Positions 8,109 through 16,664 of a stretch of 23,907 bases of DNA are shown piece by piece (positions within the stretch are counted from its first letter, which is position 1; every line of letters begins with the position of its first letter). Both the position numbers and the translations under genes were made by a program. The stretch spans positions 1 to 23,907 of the forward strand of contig JAYEIZ010000331.1 of the NCBI GenBank assembly GCA_034660355.1. Reading direction: 5' to 3'. Under the pieces are notes generated by a model. The model was not told the origin of the DNA. It saw nothing but the letters and a program-made list of their open reading frames with translations, and did no database searches. The DNA comes from Nanobdellota archaeon (GTDB lineage: Archaea > Nanobdellota > Nanobdellia > Woesearchaeales > JACPBV01).

Positions 8109-9514
8109 TTTCCTATAGCACTCGCTGCTTGTATTAGCTTTTCTTCTTGTAGATGATCTCCTATAAGCATCATTCCAATTGGCATCTTTTCTTTGCTAAA
8201 GCCAACTGGTACATTTATGTGAGGCATTCCAGCTAAGTTGGGCCCTACTAATAAGATATCAGCAAGATAATTTTCTAGAGGGGTCATCTTCTCTATTTCA
8301 GAGAACTTCTTTGGTAAGAACGGAACTGTCGGCGACACTAGAACATCAACTTTCTTAAACACTTTTTTGTACTCTTCAATTATCTTTGTTCTAACCTTAG
8401 CAGCTTTTAGATAGTAAGCATCTCTATAGCCAGCCATCCTTGCAAAGGTTCCTAAGATTATTCTTCTTTTGGCTTCTTCACCAAAATTTTCAGATCTGAC
8501 TTTTGTGAAATAATCATTAAAACTTCCTTCTAATTTCTTAGTTTCTCCATACCTCATACCACACAGTTTTGCAAGATTAGTGGATGCCTCAGATGGTGCT
8601 AGGATATAATATGAGGGTATTCCATATTCTACAGTTAAAGGAGTAGATACTTCTTCATATTTTGCTCCTTGCTGCTCTAATTCTTTTATACCTCTCCATA
8701 CTGCTTCTTTTACTTCAGGATCTATGTCATTAAATCCTTCTTTTAAAACTCCTATTTTTAATCCCTTAATGTCTTTACCAATTGATTTACTATAATTTCC
8801 ATTTTTAATATCAAGAGATGTAGAATCCTTCTTGTCATAACCTGACATTACTTCCAGTGATAGTGCTAGATCATTGATATTCTTAGATATTGGCCCTACC
8901 TTATCAAATGAATTTCCATAATCAATTAACCCGTATCTTGAAACTAAGCCATAAGTGGGGCATAAACCATAAACACCACAAAGAGAGGCCGGAGAAGCTA
9001 TTGAGCCCCCTGTTGATTCACCATAAGAAACTAATGGAAATGAAGATTTTTGTGCAATGCCTGCAGCGCCACCTGAGCTTCCACCTGTTGCATATTCTCT
9101 ATTAAATGGATTTTTAGGAATTTTAAAACCTAAACCTACATTTACAGAAAATGCACCAAAACCGAACTCGTCTTGTGATGTTTTGCCTATGACAATTGCT
9201 CCTTCATCAATTGCTTGTTGGACACAAGTTGCATTAAATAAGGGCACATATCCTTTTAATATAGAAGATCCTGCTGGACTTTCGACATTTTTTACACATA
9301 TACTGTCCTTAACAGCCAAAGGTATGCCTGCTAGCTTCCCCTTAGGATTCTTACTCAAAGCCTTTGCTTGTTTTAATGCAAGTTCTTCTGATATATTGTT
9401 GAAATAGTTGTATTCTTTATTTATTTTTTTAGTTTCTTCAATTACTTTATGTATATGTTCAATTACATCAATTTCTTTATTTCTTACTTTTTCTGAGAAT
9501 TCATTGATGCTCAT
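8105..9514 (-). CDS. gatA: Asp/Glu-tRNA(Asn/Gln) amidotransferase subunit A (amidase signature family)
   Basis: Amidase signature GGSSGGAAG; KDSICVK; ~470 aa. ATGA overlap with the upstream cyclophilin stop. Confidence 0.9.
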   Translation of the reverse strand: MSINEFSEKVRNKEIDVIEHIHKVIEETKKINKEYNYFNNISEELALKQAKALSKNPKGKLAGIPLAVKDSICVKNVESPAGSSILKGYVPLFNATCVQQAIDEGAIVIGKTSQDEFGFGAFSVNVGLGFKIPKNPFNREYATGGSSGGAAGIAQKSSFPLVSYGESTGGSIASPASLCGVYGLCPTYGLVSRYGLIDYGNSFDKVGPISKNINDLALSLEVMSGYDKKDSTSLDIKNGNYSKSIGKDIKGLKIGVLKEGFNDIDPEVKEAVWRGIKELEQQGAKYEEVSTPLTVEYGIPSYYILAPSEASTNLAKLCGMRYGETKKLEGSFNDYFTKVRSENFGEEAKRRIILGTFARMAGYRDAYYLKAAKVRTKIIEEYKKVFKKVDVLVSPTVPFLPKKFSEIEKMTPLENYLADILLVGPNLAGMPHINVPVGFSKEKMPIGMMLIGDHLQEEKLIQAASAIGK

Positions 9515-10032
9515 TTTATAGTTATCTTTTTTATCACAACATCTTCTAAAGGCTTGTCATTATGTCCTTTCTCTACATTGCCTATTTCTTTAACAACTTC
9601 CATTCCACTAACTACTTTTCCAAATACTGCGTGCTTTCCATCAAGCCAAGGAGTTGGGGCTAATGTTATGAAGAATTGTGAACCTCCGGTGTTAGGACCA
9701 CGATTAGCCATCGATAAAACACCTTCAGAATCATGTTTTAGTTCTTCATGAAACTCATCCTCTATTTCATAACCTGGTCCGCCACTACCATCTCCGTTAG
9801 GATCTCCACTTTGTAGCATAAAACCATCAATAACCCTATGGAATATTAATCCATCGTAGAACCCTTTTTCTGTTAGATCAATAAAGTTCTTAGTTGTAAT
9901 CGGAGTTTTATCTGTAAAAAGTTCTATCTCAAATTCTCCCATCGAAGTTTCAAAAACTGCTTTTTTCATATTATCACCCGTTGAACATCCAGCTAAAAAT
10001 AAAACCAATATCAAAGATAGCAACCTTTTCAT
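9511..10032 (-). CDS. Cyclophilin-type peptidyl-prolyl isomerase with signal peptide and lipobox
   Basis: [46 protein letters not shown]-terminal [19 protein letters not shown]. The ATG at 10032 follows a G8 tract and avoids overlap with gatC, so I prefer it to the track start at 10077. Confidence 0.85.
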   Translation of the reverse strand: MKRLLSLILVLFLAGCSTGDNMKKAVFETSMGEFEIELFTDKTPITTKNFIDLTEKGFYDGLIFHRVIDGFMLQSGDPNGDGSGGPGYEIEDEFHEELKHDSEGVLSMANRGPNTGGSQFFITLAPTPWLDGKHAVFGKVVSGMEVVKEIGNVEKGHNDKPLEDVVIKKITIK

Positions 10033-10045
10033 AATTCCCCCCCCT

Positions 10046-10330
10046 TTAAACAGCCATTGGCCCTTTAAAGTAGCCATCCTTCTTTTCTTTTGAGTTTTTC
10101 AATGCTTCTTCTTGGCTTAAACACTTTTCTATCTTGTCTTCTCTCATTACATTCTTTAACTCAACAGGCTGAAAAGAAGGTTTAGTATTAGATGTATCTA
10201 CCTTATCAAGGCTAGAACAATGCTCCATAATCTCTTTTAATTGAGGTATAAATTTCTTTATCTCTTCTTCAGATAACTTTAATCTAGCTAACTCTGCTAC
10301 GTGTTCGAGTAATGCTTTATCTATTTTCAT
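10046..10330 (-). CDS. gatC: Asp/Glu-tRNA(Asn/Gln) amidotransferase subunit C
   Basis: [22 protein letters not shown]...NVMREDK...DGYFKGP matches the GatC pattern; 94 aa. Confidence 0.85.
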   Translation of the reverse strand: MKIDKALLEHVAELARLKLSEEEIKKFIPQLKEIMEHCSSLDKVDTSNTKPSFQPVELKNVMREDKIEKCLSQEEALKNSKEKKDGYFKGPMAV

Positions 10331-10397
10331 TATGAGGTGAATTGTTATAGGTTTGTTTAAATAATTTACGGCTTAATCTCCTGGTTTTTTTCGAAAC

Positions 10398-12161
10398 TTA
10401 GCTGCCTTTCCAGGATTCTCTTTTTTTCTCAAAAGTGATTGCCAAATTGTTAATAACCAACTTATTATTTGGACTGAAAGATAAGATTTTCTTAAATATT
10501 TTTATTGCAGAATCGTATTCGCCTTTTGTACCATATATCTCTCCGAGATGGTTACATAGTTCAATATTAGCAGGCTCAACTTCTATTGCCATCTTAAAGA
10601 CATCTATTGCTTCATCATATTTCCCTTGTTTAAATAGGAATATGCCCTTATTCTTATAAGCAATTAAGTTTTCAGAATCTGTTGTTATTGCCTTATCAAA
10701 AAAATCAATGCAACTAGAATCATTTTTCATAGCTAGAAGAACAGCCTTATTCATAAGCGCTTCTGAAGAACTACAATTCAGAATAATCGCTTCATTGATC
10801 AGTTCTAGAGCATCATCAAATTTTTTACTTTTCATCTGAATATGGGCAAGGTTTATCAGATCTTGAACTCCTTTTCCATTATCCATTATCTTTTTTAGCT
10901 CTCCTTCATTATATTGAAATTTAGCTTTTAAGATTCTAACGAATTCGTTAATATGCTGTACATATCTATTTAGTTCTTGTAAACTTTTTTCTTTAGTATA
11001 AAAGATAGTCTCATCTTCTCTTTCCACCCAATCGGAATCATAGATAAATTTTTGGTCTTTTGCCAGCCCATAAATTCCAGTCCCCGGAGTGAGTTGCATT
11101 ACATAAGTAAAGGTAGAAATGGGCTTTGTTTCCTCAATAAGCTTCATGGTTTCTCTGATAGTATCGTCAGTTTCTCCAGGACTGCCTACAATAATAAAAT
11201 AATTGAGATTAAAGCCCAACCTCCTGGTTAATTCTGCAGCCTTTCTTATTTGTTCTATAGTAATACCTTTCTTAAGGTTGTTTAGAATCTTCTGAGAACC
11301 AGATTCTATACCATAGCTTATTGTAACACAACCCGCTTTCTTCATCCAGCGCAATCTATCTTCACAAACCAGATTTACCCTCGACCTACAATCCCAGGTT
11401 ATCTTTAGATTTCTTTTAATAATCTCTTTGCATATATCTATTGTCCTATTCTTATCAAAAGTGAATGTATCATCAGATATAATAAAAGAGGATATATCAT
11501 ATTTTTTATTCAATATTTCAAGCTCATCAACAACATTTTTTGCACTTCTAAGTCTTATCTTTTGCCCCCATAAATTTGGAGTATCGCAAAATACACATCT
11601 GCCCGGACATCCTCTTGAAGTGATTATTCTTTTGTATCTAAAATGATTAGCAGGTATCGGAAGTTCATCAAGATTTTCCAATGGCTCCCTAAAACCATTA
11701 TTAATAATGCCATTATCAAACCTATATGCAATTCCCTTAATGTTTTTAAGAGATCTACCTTCATTTAACTCCTGGACAACATCCAAGAAAGTTATTTCAC
11801 CCTCGTTAAAGACAATAACATCAACATCACCATAGTTCTCCATTAATTGATTGTACATTATAGATGCGTGCGGTCCTCCAAAAATAACTTTTATATCTCT
11901 ATTTATGGTTTTAACTAAGTTAGCGAGCTTAACACAAGTATGCCTATTAAAAGTGTAACACCCTATTCCTATTATATCTGGATTCTTCTCTCTTATTATA
12001 CCCTCACATTCTTTCCAGCCCTTATTTGATAAGCTTAGAATCTCTGTATCTATGTTGTTTTTTAGAAGAAGGGCAGCAATATACCGAAGTCCATTAGGGA
12101 TTATATTCTGTTGAATATTAACTATTAAGGGATTTGTTTTAAATAATAATAAAATCTTCAT
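10398..12161 (-). CDS. B12-binding-domain radical SAM enzyme fused to C-terminal TPR repeats
   Basis: N-terminal Rossmann-like B12-binding region, radical SAM CPGRCVFC (Cx3Cx2C), and about 4 TPR units at the C-terminus (e.g. GKYDEAIDVFKMAIEVEP, GEYDSAIKIFKKILSFSP). Confidence 0.8.
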   Translation of the reverse strand: MKILLLFKTNPLIVNIQQNIIPNGLRYIAALLLKNNIDTEILSLSNKGWKECEGIIREKNPDIIGIGCYTFNRHTCVKLANLVKTINRDIKVIFGGPHASIMYNQLMENYGDVDVIVFNEGEITFLDVVQELNEGRSLKNIKGIAYRFDNGIINNGFREPLENLDELPIPANHFRYKRIITSRGCPGRCVFCDTPNLWGQKIRLRSAKNVVDELEILNKKYDISSFIISDDTFTFDKNRTIDICKEIIKRNLKITWDCRSRVNLVCEDRLRWMKKAGCVTISYGIESGSQKILNNLKKGITIEQIRKAAELTRRLGFNLNYFIIVGSPGETDDTIRETMKLIEETKPISTFTYVMQLTPGTGIYGLAKDQKFIYDSDWVEREDETIFYTKEKSLQELNRYVQHINEFVRILKAKFQYNEGELKKIMDNGKGVQDLINLAHIQMKSKKFDDALELINEAIILNCSSSEALMNKAVLLAMKNDSSCIDFFDKAITTDSENLIAYKNKGIFLFKQGKYDEAIDVFKMAIEVEPANIELCNHLGEIYGTKGEYDSAIKIFKKILSFSPNNKLVINNLAITFEKKRESWKGS

Positions 12162-12261
12162 AATAGGGGGATAGTGTTTTTGTTTAAATTATTTATGTTA
12201 AAATGAATTAATACAAAGATTTTTAAAGTATAACTATTGAAATTCTCGTAGGGAGAATTTT

Positions 12262-12900
12262 ATGAAATACGATCTTCATATACATACGCATTATTCAGCA
12301 TGCTCTATCTTAAAACCTAAGACAATTTTAAAAGTAGCAAAAAAAGCAGGGCTTGATGGGATAGCGGTTAATGATCACAACACTATCAAAGGAGGAGTGG
12401 TTGTTTCTAAGGAGAATAAAGATAAGGATTTTGAGGTTATTCCTGGAATAGAGTTAGCTACGGATAGAGGCCATCTTTTGGGGTTATATGTTAATGAGGA
12501 AATAAAGTCAAGAGATTTCTTTGAAGCAGTTGATAGTATAAGGAAACAAGGAGGATTAGCAATTATTGCCCACCCTTTTAGAATTGTTCCTCATTTAAGA
12601 TCAAATATCAAGTCTATTGATGTTAAGAAACACTTAGATGCTGTTGAGTGTTATAATGCGAGAACTTCATATTTCGGTAATAAATCTGCTATGAAGTTTG
12701 CAGATAAGTTCGATCTAGCTAAAACTGCCGGTTCAGATGCACATTTTTCATTTGAGATAGGTAGGTGTGTTACTAGATTTGATGGAGATATTACTAATGC
12801 TATAAAGAAACAGAAGACTCAGGTGGAGGGCAGCAATGTAACTGGGCTTTTAGGATCTACTTTCAGTTTTTTTGAAAAACATCTTTTAAGGAGGAGATAA
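12262..12900 (+). CDS. PHP-domain metal-dependent phosphoesterase
   Basis: DLHIHTHYS, DGIAVNDHN, IIAHPF, GSDAH: PHP His/Asp metal ligands. The stop lies 1 nt before the carS ATG. Confidence 0.8.
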   Translation: MKYDLHIHTHYSACSILKPKTILKVAKKAGLDGIAVNDHNTIKGGVVVSKENKDKDFEVIPGIELATDRGHLLGLYVNEEIKSRDFFEAVDSIRKQGGLAIIAHPFRIVPHLRSNIKSIDVKKHLDAVECYNARTSYFGNKSAMKFADKFDLAKTAGSDAHFSFEIGRCVTRFDGDITNAIKKQKTQVEGSNVTGLLGSTFSFFEKHLLRRR

Positions 12901-12901
12901 T

Positions 12902-13441
12902 ATGTGGTTTTTTGTGTTGCAGTGCTTTTATTTTATGCTTCCAGCGTATTTTGCAAATATGGCTCCAGTTATAGCTAAGAATTGGTTGAAGTTTTTAGCG
13001 GTTCCTGTTGATTTTGGAAAGAAGGCAGGGGATAGAGAGATATTTGGAAGAAACAAGACATTTAGGGGCTTTGTTTTTGCAGTATTGTTTGCAATATTGG
13101 TAACTTATGCCCAGCTCTTTTTATACAGATTTGATTATTTTAGAAGTCTTAGCTTTGTTAGTTATTCAAATTGGATTTTGTTGGGTTTTTTATTTGGTTT
13201 TGGAGCTCTTTTTGGAGATTTAGCTGAAAGTTTTGTTAAAAGAAGGCTTAGGATAAAATCAGGACAGAAGTTTTTTCCTTGGGATCAGCTTGATTTTGTT
13301 ATTGGCGCTTTGATCTTTGTCAGTATTTTAGTTGACCTAACTTTAAGTTGGATATTAGTTGTTATACTTATCAGCTTTATAGGCCACATTTTAGTAAATC
13401 ACTGTGCATATTACCTAAAGATAAGAAAAGAAAAATGGTAA
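12902..13441 (+). CDS. carS: CDP-archaeol synthase (CDP-2,3-bis-O-geranylgeranyl-sn-glycerol synthase)
   Basis: It aligns by eye along its whole length to A. fulgidus CarS: MLPAYFANMAPV, PVDFGK...FGRNKTFRGF, GALFGDLAESFVKRR, DQLDF, and the C-terminal YYLKIRKEKW. GGAGGAG SD upstream. Confidence 0.85.
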   Translation: MWFFVLQCFYFMLPAYFANMAPVIAKNWLKFLAVPVDFGKKAGDREIFGRNKTFRGFVFAVLFAILVTYAQLFLYRFDYFRSLSFVSYSNWILLGFLFGFGALFGDLAESFVKRRLRIKSGQKFFPWDQLDFVIGALIFVSILVDLTLSWILVVILISFIGHILVNHCAYYLKIRKEKW

Positions 13442-14052
13442 CCTTGATAATATTATTCTCTATTTTGTCGTTATTTGTATTATTTCTTATATTTTATAAG
13501 TTCATCTTTTTAAGAGATCCAAAAAGAGAGTATCTTGAGGGTGATAATATAGTTGCTCCTGCAGATGGAAAGATAATAAATATTATGAATATTGATAAGA
13601 AAAATGTTAGAATAAGAAAAGGATTTTTAGGGAAGGTAAATACTCTTTGTTCTGATGTTATAACAGAAGGGTATTTGATATCTATTTTTATGTCTGTATT
13701 TGATGTGCATGTTAATAGAGCACCTATTGATGGAGAAATTTTATCTGTTAAGCATAAGAAAGGAAAGTTCTTTATGGCTTTTGATATTGAAAAGAGCTTT
13801 CTTAATGAAAGCAACGAAATTATTCTAAAAACAAAAATAGGAAAGATAAAGGTAATACAGATAGCTGGTTTTTTAGCTAGGAGGATACAGTCTTTTGTTA
13901 AGCCGAAGCAAAAGGTTAATAAAGCTGAGAGGATAGGCAGGATAGTATTGGGAAGCCAAGTAAGCTTAATACTTCCTAAGAATGTTAGATTATTGGTAAA
14001 TGTGGGGGATAGGGTTAAAGCTGGAGAGACTTTAATCGCAAAAAATGTTTAG
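13435..14052 (+). CDS. psd: Phosphatidyl/archaetidyl-serine decarboxylase proenzyme
   Basis: FLRDPKRE, APADGKI, FMSVFDVHVNRAPIDG, and a self-cleavage-type LGS near the C-terminus. I chose the ATG at 13435 (the ATGGTAA overlap with the carS stop) rather than 13348, which lies inside carS. Confidence 0.8.
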   Translation: MVTLIILFSILSLFVLFLIFYKFIFLRDPKREYLEGDNIVAPADGKIINIMNIDKKNVRIRKGFLGKVNTLCSDVITEGYLISIFMSVFDVHVNRAPIDGEILSVKHKKGKFFMAFDIEKSFLNESNEIILKTKIGKIKVIQIAGFLARRIQSFVKPKQKVNKAERIGRIVLGSQVSLILPKNVRLLVNVGDRVKAGETLIAKNV

Positions 14053-15091
14053 AAAAAGGTTTAAGATCAAGAATCCTTTTACTTTGCTCTTTTTGAGACT
14101 ACTTTTACCTATAGTTATATTTCTACTGATATTATTTGATAATTATAGGATTGCCCTGTATCTTTTTGTTTTGACTGCTTTTGTTGCCTTTTTAGATGGT
14201 TTCTTATCAAAAAGACTCAAGAGAAAATCTCAATTAAGATCTATATTTGATCCCTTTGCTGATAAATTTCTTATTAATATAATAGCTGTTACTTTATTTT
14301 TTAAGGGCATGCTGCCTTTTTGGGTTATGATTATTTATTTGGGTAAAGATTTATTTGTTGTGTTTGGAGCTTTGTTTATTCTTTTTAAGAATCACAAAAC
14401 AATCTTTAGAACAAACGTTATTGATAAGATATCAGTCTTTATACAGATGTTTGCCCTGTTTGTTGTTTTTATGGGCCGCTTAGATTATATTTTGATATAC
14501 ACTTCAATAATCTTCATTTTAATTTCATTTGTAGTTACTTTATTTAGGTCCGGTATAAGGGTTGTGAGGTATAAAACTGATTTAGAGGAGATAAGATTTA
14601 GGAAATTATTAAAGTTGCCTGACCTTTTTACTTTTTTCAATGCACTTATGGGTTTAAGTGCAATACTTTTCGTTATAAATGGAAGATATACTGCTGCAGT
14701 AATCGCTTTGTTGTTTGCTGTTCTCTTTGATTATTTGGATGGTAAGATAGCAAGACTGATAAAAAGGGAAGGAGATTTTGGCAAACAGTTAGATTCATTG
14801 GCAGACACAATTAGTTTTGGTGTTGCACCTGCAATCCTGGGTTTTACATTAATACAGACTAATTTTGCTGTAATTGTCTTTGCATTATTCTTGTTTGCAG
14901 GGGTTTTGAGATTAGCAAGATATAATATTATGGAGTTTAGCGGCGAGTTTTCTGGGATGCCTATAACAATTAATGGCGTAGTAATACCTTTAATATACTT
15001 TTTTAGTGTTCCTGCTGAGATATATCCTTATATCTATTTGTTCTTAGCAATATTGATGGTCAGCCCACTTAAATTTAAGAAGTCGTTCTAA
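14045..15091 (+). CDS. pssA: Tandem CDP-alcohol phosphatidyltransferase: PgsA-like N-terminal domain fused to archaetidylserine-synthase (PssA-like) C-terminal domain
   Basis: Two copies of the DGx2ARx8Gx3Dx3D spacing. The N-terminal copy is DGFLSKRLKRKSQLRSIFDPFADK (A->S, R->K, G->R; DPxADK is PgsA-like). The C-terminal copy is the canonical DGKIARLIKREGDFGKQLDSLAD (LDSLAD is PssA-like). 348 aa, multi-TM. Confidence 0.75.
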   Translation: MFRKRFKIKNPFTLLFLRLLLPIVIFLLILFDNYRIALYLFVLTAFVAFLDGFLSKRLKRKSQLRSIFDPFADKFLINIIAVTLFFKGMLPFWVMIIYLGKDLFVVFGALFILFKNHKTIFRTNVIDKISVFIQMFALFVVFMGRLDYILIYTSIIFILISFVVTLFRSGIRVVRYKTDLEEIRFRKLLKLPDLFTFFNALMGLSAILFVINGRYTAAVIALLFAVLFDYLDGKIARLIKREGDFGKQLDSLADTISFGVAPAILGFTLIQTNFAVIVFALFLFAGVLRLARYNIMEFSGEFSGMPITINGVVIPLIYFFSVPAEIYPYIYLFLAILMVSPLKFKKSF

Positions 15092-15549
15092 AAGATAAAG
15101 TACAAAGCTATTGTTATTATAATGAAGATAACGCTTTTTAAGATATTAATGAAAGTTTGTTTCTTATCTTTGTTTGTCAATAAACTTCCGGTGGGCAATC
15201 CATATAAGAAGATTAATGAGGATTCTAGAACCCACAAATTTAATATTTTTGAGGACAAATAAAATATTATTGCCAATATGATATAAATATAGATTGATTC
15301 ATTGAATTTAAAATAATTCTTCAATAAATGAATAATTATAAAAGTCAATGTTAGTAAGATTATAATATAATCAATTTTAATATAAATCAATAGGAAAATA
15401 AAAACCAATAATAGAATTATCTTTTGTAACAGAATAAAATATCTCTTTCCTGCTTTTAGCTCTTCTTTTGCTATTATTGCTAAAGCAAATCCTATAAATA
15501 ACCCCAGATAACAGATTATAGCAGTTAGAGAGTAATTTAAGAAATTCAT
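15088..15549 (-). CDS. Hypothetical integral membrane protein (4-5 TM, I/L/F-rich)
   Basis: Uniformly hydrophobic 153-aa ORF. ATGA overlap with the rpiB stop (15546-15549). Confidence 0.55.
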   Translation of the reverse strand: MNFLNYSLTAIICYLGLFIGFALAIIAKEELKAGKRYFILLQKIILLLVFIFLLIYIKIDYIIILLTLTFIIIHLLKNYFKFNESIYIYIILAIIFYLSSKILNLWVLESSLIFLYGLPTGSLLTNKDKKQTFINILKSVIFIIITIALYFIF

Positions 15550-15980
15550 AATGCATCCATTTCTCCAACTCTTCTTTTATGCTTTTTTTCTTCAGAAGGT
15601 TTTGTCTTGAGAAATGTTTCAATTACCTTTTTGTAGTTCTCTGCTGTTTGAGTTCTTGAACCTAAACAGAGAATATTAGCATCATTATGTTCTTTTGCCA
15701 TCTTTGCAGTGAGTTCATCATAACATACTGCTGCCCTTATACCTTTAAACCTATTTGCTGTTATGCTCATACCTATTCCTGTACCGCATATCAATATTCC
15801 TATTGCTTTTGTTTCTGTGACTTTCTTTGCAACTTTTTGTGCTATTAAAGGGTAATCTACGGATTCTTCAGAGTTAGTACCTAAATCTTCAATCTCGTAC
15901 TTTAATTCGGTTAAGTATTTCTTTATATCTTCTTTTAGCTTAAAACCAGCGTGATCTGATCCAATTATTATCTTGCTCAT
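15546..15980 (-). CDS. rpiB: Ribose-5-phosphate isomerase B (RpiB/LacAB family)
   Basis: IIIGSDHAGFKLKE, ILICGTGIGMSITANR, HNDANILCLG. Confidence 0.85.
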   Translation of the reverse strand: MSKIIIGSDHAGFKLKEDIKKYLTELKYEIEDLGTNSEESVDYPLIAQKVAKKVTETKAIGILICGTGIGMSITANRFKGIRAAVCYDELTAKMAKEHNDANILCLGSRTQTAENYKKVIETFLKTKPSEEKKHKRRVGEMDAL

Positions 15981-15986
15981 GTTAAA

Positions 15987-16385
15987 TCACTCAATCCTTA
16001 AACTTTTTAAATCTTTTGTTAAACCTGGCACAAAATCATAATTACTGAATTCTTCTTTATCTACCCATTTGAATTCTACATTCTCATGGCAGAGTTTTAC
16101 TTCTTTACTCTCTACTTCGCATAAGTAGACCGCAACAACCCATTTTTTACCTTTTTCTTTATCAATAATCTCGATTATATTTCCTGTTTTTATTATCTTA
16201 GCAGCTAGACCGGTTTCTTCTTTTATCTCTCTAATGCAAGAGTCTTCTGCAGGTTCAAACTCTTTGACAAAACCAGAACAAAAACTCCATTTATTTGGAT
16301 AATTGTAGTCGTTTGGCGCTTTTTTTAGTATTAAGAACTTATCTTTGTTCTTTACAATTCCTGTAACGACAAAATGAGTTTTCAT
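15987..16385 (-). CDS. Nudix hydrolase
   Basis: Nudix box GFVKEFEPAEDSCIREIKEETGL (Gx5Ex7REUxEExGU). I prefer the ATG at 16385 (MKTHFVV...), which forms an ATGA overlap with the upstream stop; the track start is 16406. Confidence 0.8.
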   Translation of the reverse strand: MKTHFVVTGIVKNKDKFLILKKAPNDYNYPNKWSFCSGFVKEFEPAEDSCIREIKEETGLAAKIIKTGNIIEIIDKEKGKKWVVAVYLCEVESKEVKLCHENVEFKWVDKEEFSNYDFVPGLTKDLKSLRIE

Positions 16386-16624
16386 TCCCATTTGCTGTGC
16401 CCCCATTGAATTAGCATATCTGCTTTCTCTTTTAGGTCTGGAGTGTCACAAGCTCCAAAACAAGAATTTAACCAGATAATGACCTTTACATTAGTTTGTT
16501 CTTCTATTTTATCTGTTATTTCCTTTGCTTTTGGTTTTAGACCTTCAGGTAATTGAATGCAGACGGTTTTAGCATTAGATTTCTTTATTTCTTTAATAGC
16601 ATTCTCTAGTTCTAGATTGTACAT
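16382..16624 (-). pseudogene. dph2: N-terminal ~80-aa remnant of diphthamide synthase Dph2 (normal length ~330 aa)
   Basis: AIKEIKKSNAKTVCIQLPEGLKPKAKEI...SCFGACDTPDL...MLIQWGHS aligns with the first ~80 residues of P. horikoshii Dph2 (...GAKRVLIQSPEGL...YGACDPAD...LIHLGHS). It then ends in KWE-stop, and the Nudix gene follows directly. Confidence 0.7.
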
Positions 16625-16664
16625 AAGAAAAAGAAAAGATTGCTATATTAAAAAATTAACTGAT

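Noticed and set aside
10033-10077. Upstream extension of the cyclophilin ORF ([15 protein letters not shown]...), and the G8 tract (10037-10044, minus strand) as a phase-variation site.
   Set aside because: The extension overlaps gatC and precedes a perfect signal peptide that begins at the ATG at 10032. The G8 run sits 4 nt upstream of that ATG and is most simply a G-rich ribosome-binding site. I cannot show length variation from a single sequence.
13348-13434. Upstream extension of psd (track start 13348).
   Set aside because: It lies entirely inside the well-aligned C-terminus of carS in another frame. The ATG at 13435 gives the expected N-terminal TM helix and an ATGGTAA coupling overlap.
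15377-15622. 81-aa ORF spanning the rpiB/membrane-protein junction.
   Set aside because: It overlaps two better-supported genes that are joined by an ATGA overlap, and it has no motif or independent start signal.
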